Of a DNA stretch of 1,140 bases, positions 1 through 1,140 are shown in pieces (the stretch's first letter is position 1; each line of letters starts with the position of its first letter). The translations under genes and the position numbers were made by a program. The notes under the pieces were generated by a model. That model was given only the letters and a program-made list of their open reading frames with translations. It was not told the DNA's origin and made no database searches. Where the stretch lies: NCBI RefSeq assembly GCF_003334315.1, contig NZ_QOWR01000122.1, one strand, 5' to 3'. The stretch comes from Escherichia coli (GTDB lineage: Bacteria; Pseudomonadota; Gammaproteobacteria; Enterobacterales; Enterobacteriaceae).

Positions 1-18
1 GGTTTAATGCGCCCCGTT

Positions 19-94
19 GCCCGGATAGCTCAGTCGGTAGAGCAGGGGATTGAAAATCCCCGTGTCCTTGGTTCGATTCCGAGTCCGGGCACCA
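19..94 (+). tRNA. tRNA-Phe, anticodon GAA at 52..54, 76 nt with encoded 3' CCA
   Basis: Read directly: the sequence folds as a canonical cloverleaf with a 7-bp acceptor stem (GCCCGGA/TCCGGGC), D-arm GCTC/GAGC, anticodon stem GGGGA/TCCCC with loop TTGAAAA, T-arm CTTGG-TTCGATT-CCGAG, then ACCA. I recognise it as identical to enterobacterial tRNA-Phe (pheV/pheU type); the two loci cannot be told apart from this window. Confidence 0.97.
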
Positions 95-103
95 AATTCA
101 TAT

Positions 104-131
104 AAACGGACCTCCACGGAGGTCCGTTTTT
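104..131 (+). terminator. Rho-independent terminator of the tRNA-Phe transcript
   Basis: Read directly: inverted repeat AAACGGACCT (104..113) pairing with AGGTCCGTTT (120..129) around a short CCACGG loop region, followed by a T-run (127..131, TTTTT, then CGTTT), about 10 nt after the tRNA 3' end. Confidence 0.8.
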
Positions 132-217
132 CGTTTCAGGGCGCCACGATTTAAGCGTTCTGCCTCCAAATCAATTCTACCGAACTCAACCAGATTCTCC
201 CCACATCAACCCCATTG

Positions 218-242
218 TGTGGGTATAATTGCGGGTATACCC
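218..242 (+). promoter_or_regulatory. Candidate sigma70 promoter for the integrase: consensus -10 TATAAT at 224..229 inside a repeat and palindrome cluster
   Basis: Read directly: perfect TATAAT hexamer at 224..229, 62 nt upstream of the integrase ATG. No convincing -35 (TTGACA-like) lies 16-18 bp upstream, and the TG dinucleotides at 217..220 are not at the extended -10 position. The assignment is motif-only. Confidence 0.35.
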
Positions 243-278
243 CAGTTCGACAGAATTTGTACCCTCTTTAACGCATTC

Positions 279-284
279 AGAAGG
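279..284 (+). promoter_or_regulatory. Ribosome-binding site (Shine-Dalgarno AGAAGG) for the integrase
   Basis: Read directly: purine-rich AGAAGG ends 7 nt before the ATG at 292. An in-frame TGA at 286..288 blocks any upstream extension of the ORF, so 292 is the first available start. Confidence 0.55.
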
Positions 285-291
285 CTGAACT

Positions 292-1140
292 ATGGCACTG
301 ACTGACGCAAAAATCCGGGCTGCAAAGCCCACTGACAAGGCTTATAAACTCACTGACGGGGCCGGCATGTTCCTGCTGGTTCATCCTAATGGTTCCCGTT
401 ACTGGCGTCTCCGTTATCGTATTCTGGGTAAGGAGAAAACCCTGGCACTTGGTGTGTATCCGGAAGTTTCTCTCTCCGAAGCTCGTACAAAACGGGATGA
501 GGCCCGAAAACTGATTTCGGAGGGGGTTGACCCTTGCGAACAGAAAAGAGCTAAAAAAGTAGTCCCTGATTTACAACTCTCTTTTGAACATATTGCACGA
601 CGCTGGCATGCCAGTAATAAACAATGGGCACAATCACACAGCGATAAAGTACTCAAAAGCCTCGAGACACACGTTTTCCCCTTTATCGGCAACCGGGATA
701 TCACAACACTCAGTACCCCGGACCTGCTTATCCCTGTTCGTGCTGCAGAAGCTAAACAAATTTATGAAATCGCCAGTCGTCTGCAGCAAAGGATATCCGC
801 TGTAATGCGTTATGCCGTACAGTCTGGCATCATCAGATATAATCCTGCTCTGGATATGGCTGGCGCATTGACCACGGTAAAACGCCAGCATCGCCCCGCT
901 CTTGACCTTTCACGCCTGCCTGAACTTCTGTCGCGTATTGGCAGTTATAAGGGGCAGTCTGTCACCCGGCTTGCCGTTATGTTGAATCTGCTGGTGTTTA
1001 TTCGCTCCAGTGAACTCAGATATGCCCGCTGGTCAGAAATTGATATTGACAATGCCATGTGGACTATTCCAGCCGAACGCGAACCTCTGCCTGGCGTAAA
1101 ATTCTCACACCGGGGCTCCAAGATGCGAACACCACATCTT
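292..1140 (+). CDS. int: Tyrosine-type site-specific integrase, P4-like family (N-terminal 283 aa; 3' end beyond the window)
   Basis: Open frame from ATG 292 to the window end with no stop (283 codons). My translation begins MALTDAKIRAAKPTDKAYKLTDGAGMFLLVHPNGSRYWRLRYRILGKEKTLALGVYPEVSLSEARTKRDEARKLISEGVDP, which matches the conserved N-terminal arm-DNA-binding domain (DUF4102 type) of P4-like integrases. It later reads LLVFIRSSELRYARWSEIDIDNAMWTIPAER..KMRTPHL, which fits tyrosine-recombinase box I. Position directly downstream of and co-oriented with a tRNA is typical for this family. Family membership is from recognition, not a database search. The supplied ORF track omits this frame, presumably because it has no stop inside the window. 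Confidence 0.93.
   Translation, partial: MALTDAKIRAAKPTDKAYKLTDGAGMFLLVHPNGSRYWRLRYRILGKEKTLALGVYPEVSLSEARTKRDEARKLISEGVDPCEQKRAKKVVPDLQLSFEHIARRWHASNKQWAQSHSDKVLKSLETHVFPFIGNRDITTLSTPDLLIPVRAAEAKQIYEIASRLQQRISAVMRYAVQSGIIRYNPALDMAGALTTVKRQHRPALDLSRLPELLSRIGSYKGQSVTRLAVMLNLLVFIRSSELRYARWSEIDIDNAMWTIPAEREPLPGVKFSHRGSKMRTPHL

Larger units (their letters stand above)
72..1140 (+). mobile_element. Left end of an integrated element (genomic island, satellite or prophage) at tRNA-Phe; partial, continues past the window
   Basis: Inference from the tRNA 3' end followed by a co-oriented P4-type integrase. The exact att core and the right boundary are not determinable from this window; the start coordinate is approximate. 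Confidence 0.6.

Noticed and set aside
1-18. Sequence upstream of the tRNA as a possible feature (leader, promoter or truncated gene)
   Set aside because: It is only 18 nt at the window edge, too short to support any call. It is presumably part of the tRNA precursor leader.
216-229. Possible extended -10 (TGnTATAAT) promoter
   Set aside because: The three bases immediately upstream of TATAAT are GGG (221..223), and the TG dinucleotides sit at 217..220, too far upstream for a canonical extended -10. Only a plain -10 with an unclear -35 is proposed.
414-704. 96-aa ORF on the minus strand from the six-frame track
   Set aside because: It lies entirely within and antisense to the well-supported integrase CDS. 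The translation is Cys, Ser and Arg rich with no recognisable domain, and I found no promoter or RBS context, so it is most likely a chance ORF.
584-805. 73-aa ORF on the plus strand from the six-frame track
   Set aside because: It lies inside the integrase gene in a different frame (584 is frame 2, the integrase frame 1). The integrase frame carries the conserved protein features, so this is an off-frame artefact.
634-891. 85-aa ORF on the minus strand from the six-frame track
   Set aside because: It is antisense to and embedded in the integrase CDS, with no supporting translation signals or recognisable motifs.
1-1140. CRISPR array, IS element inverted repeats or additional RNA genes
   Set aside because: No regularly spaced direct repeats, no terminal inverted repeats with a transposase-like ORF, and no other structured RNA candidates are visible. 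The only strong hairpin is the tRNA terminator.

Overview
The window holds a complete tRNA-Phe (GAA anticodon) at 19..94 with its intrinsic terminator, a 160-bp intergenic region carrying a consensus -10 element, and the first 283 codons of a co-oriented P4-type tyrosine integrase (292..1140, running off the window end). A tRNA followed directly by an integrase is the classic left junction of an integrated mobile element (genomic island, satellite or prophage) at a tRNA-Phe locus. The cargo, where any novel system would sit, lies downstream beyond this window and cannot be assessed here. The three ORFs in the supplied track all fall inside the integrase in other frames or antisense and are judged spurious. 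No CRISPR array, IS element or other RNA gene is visible.
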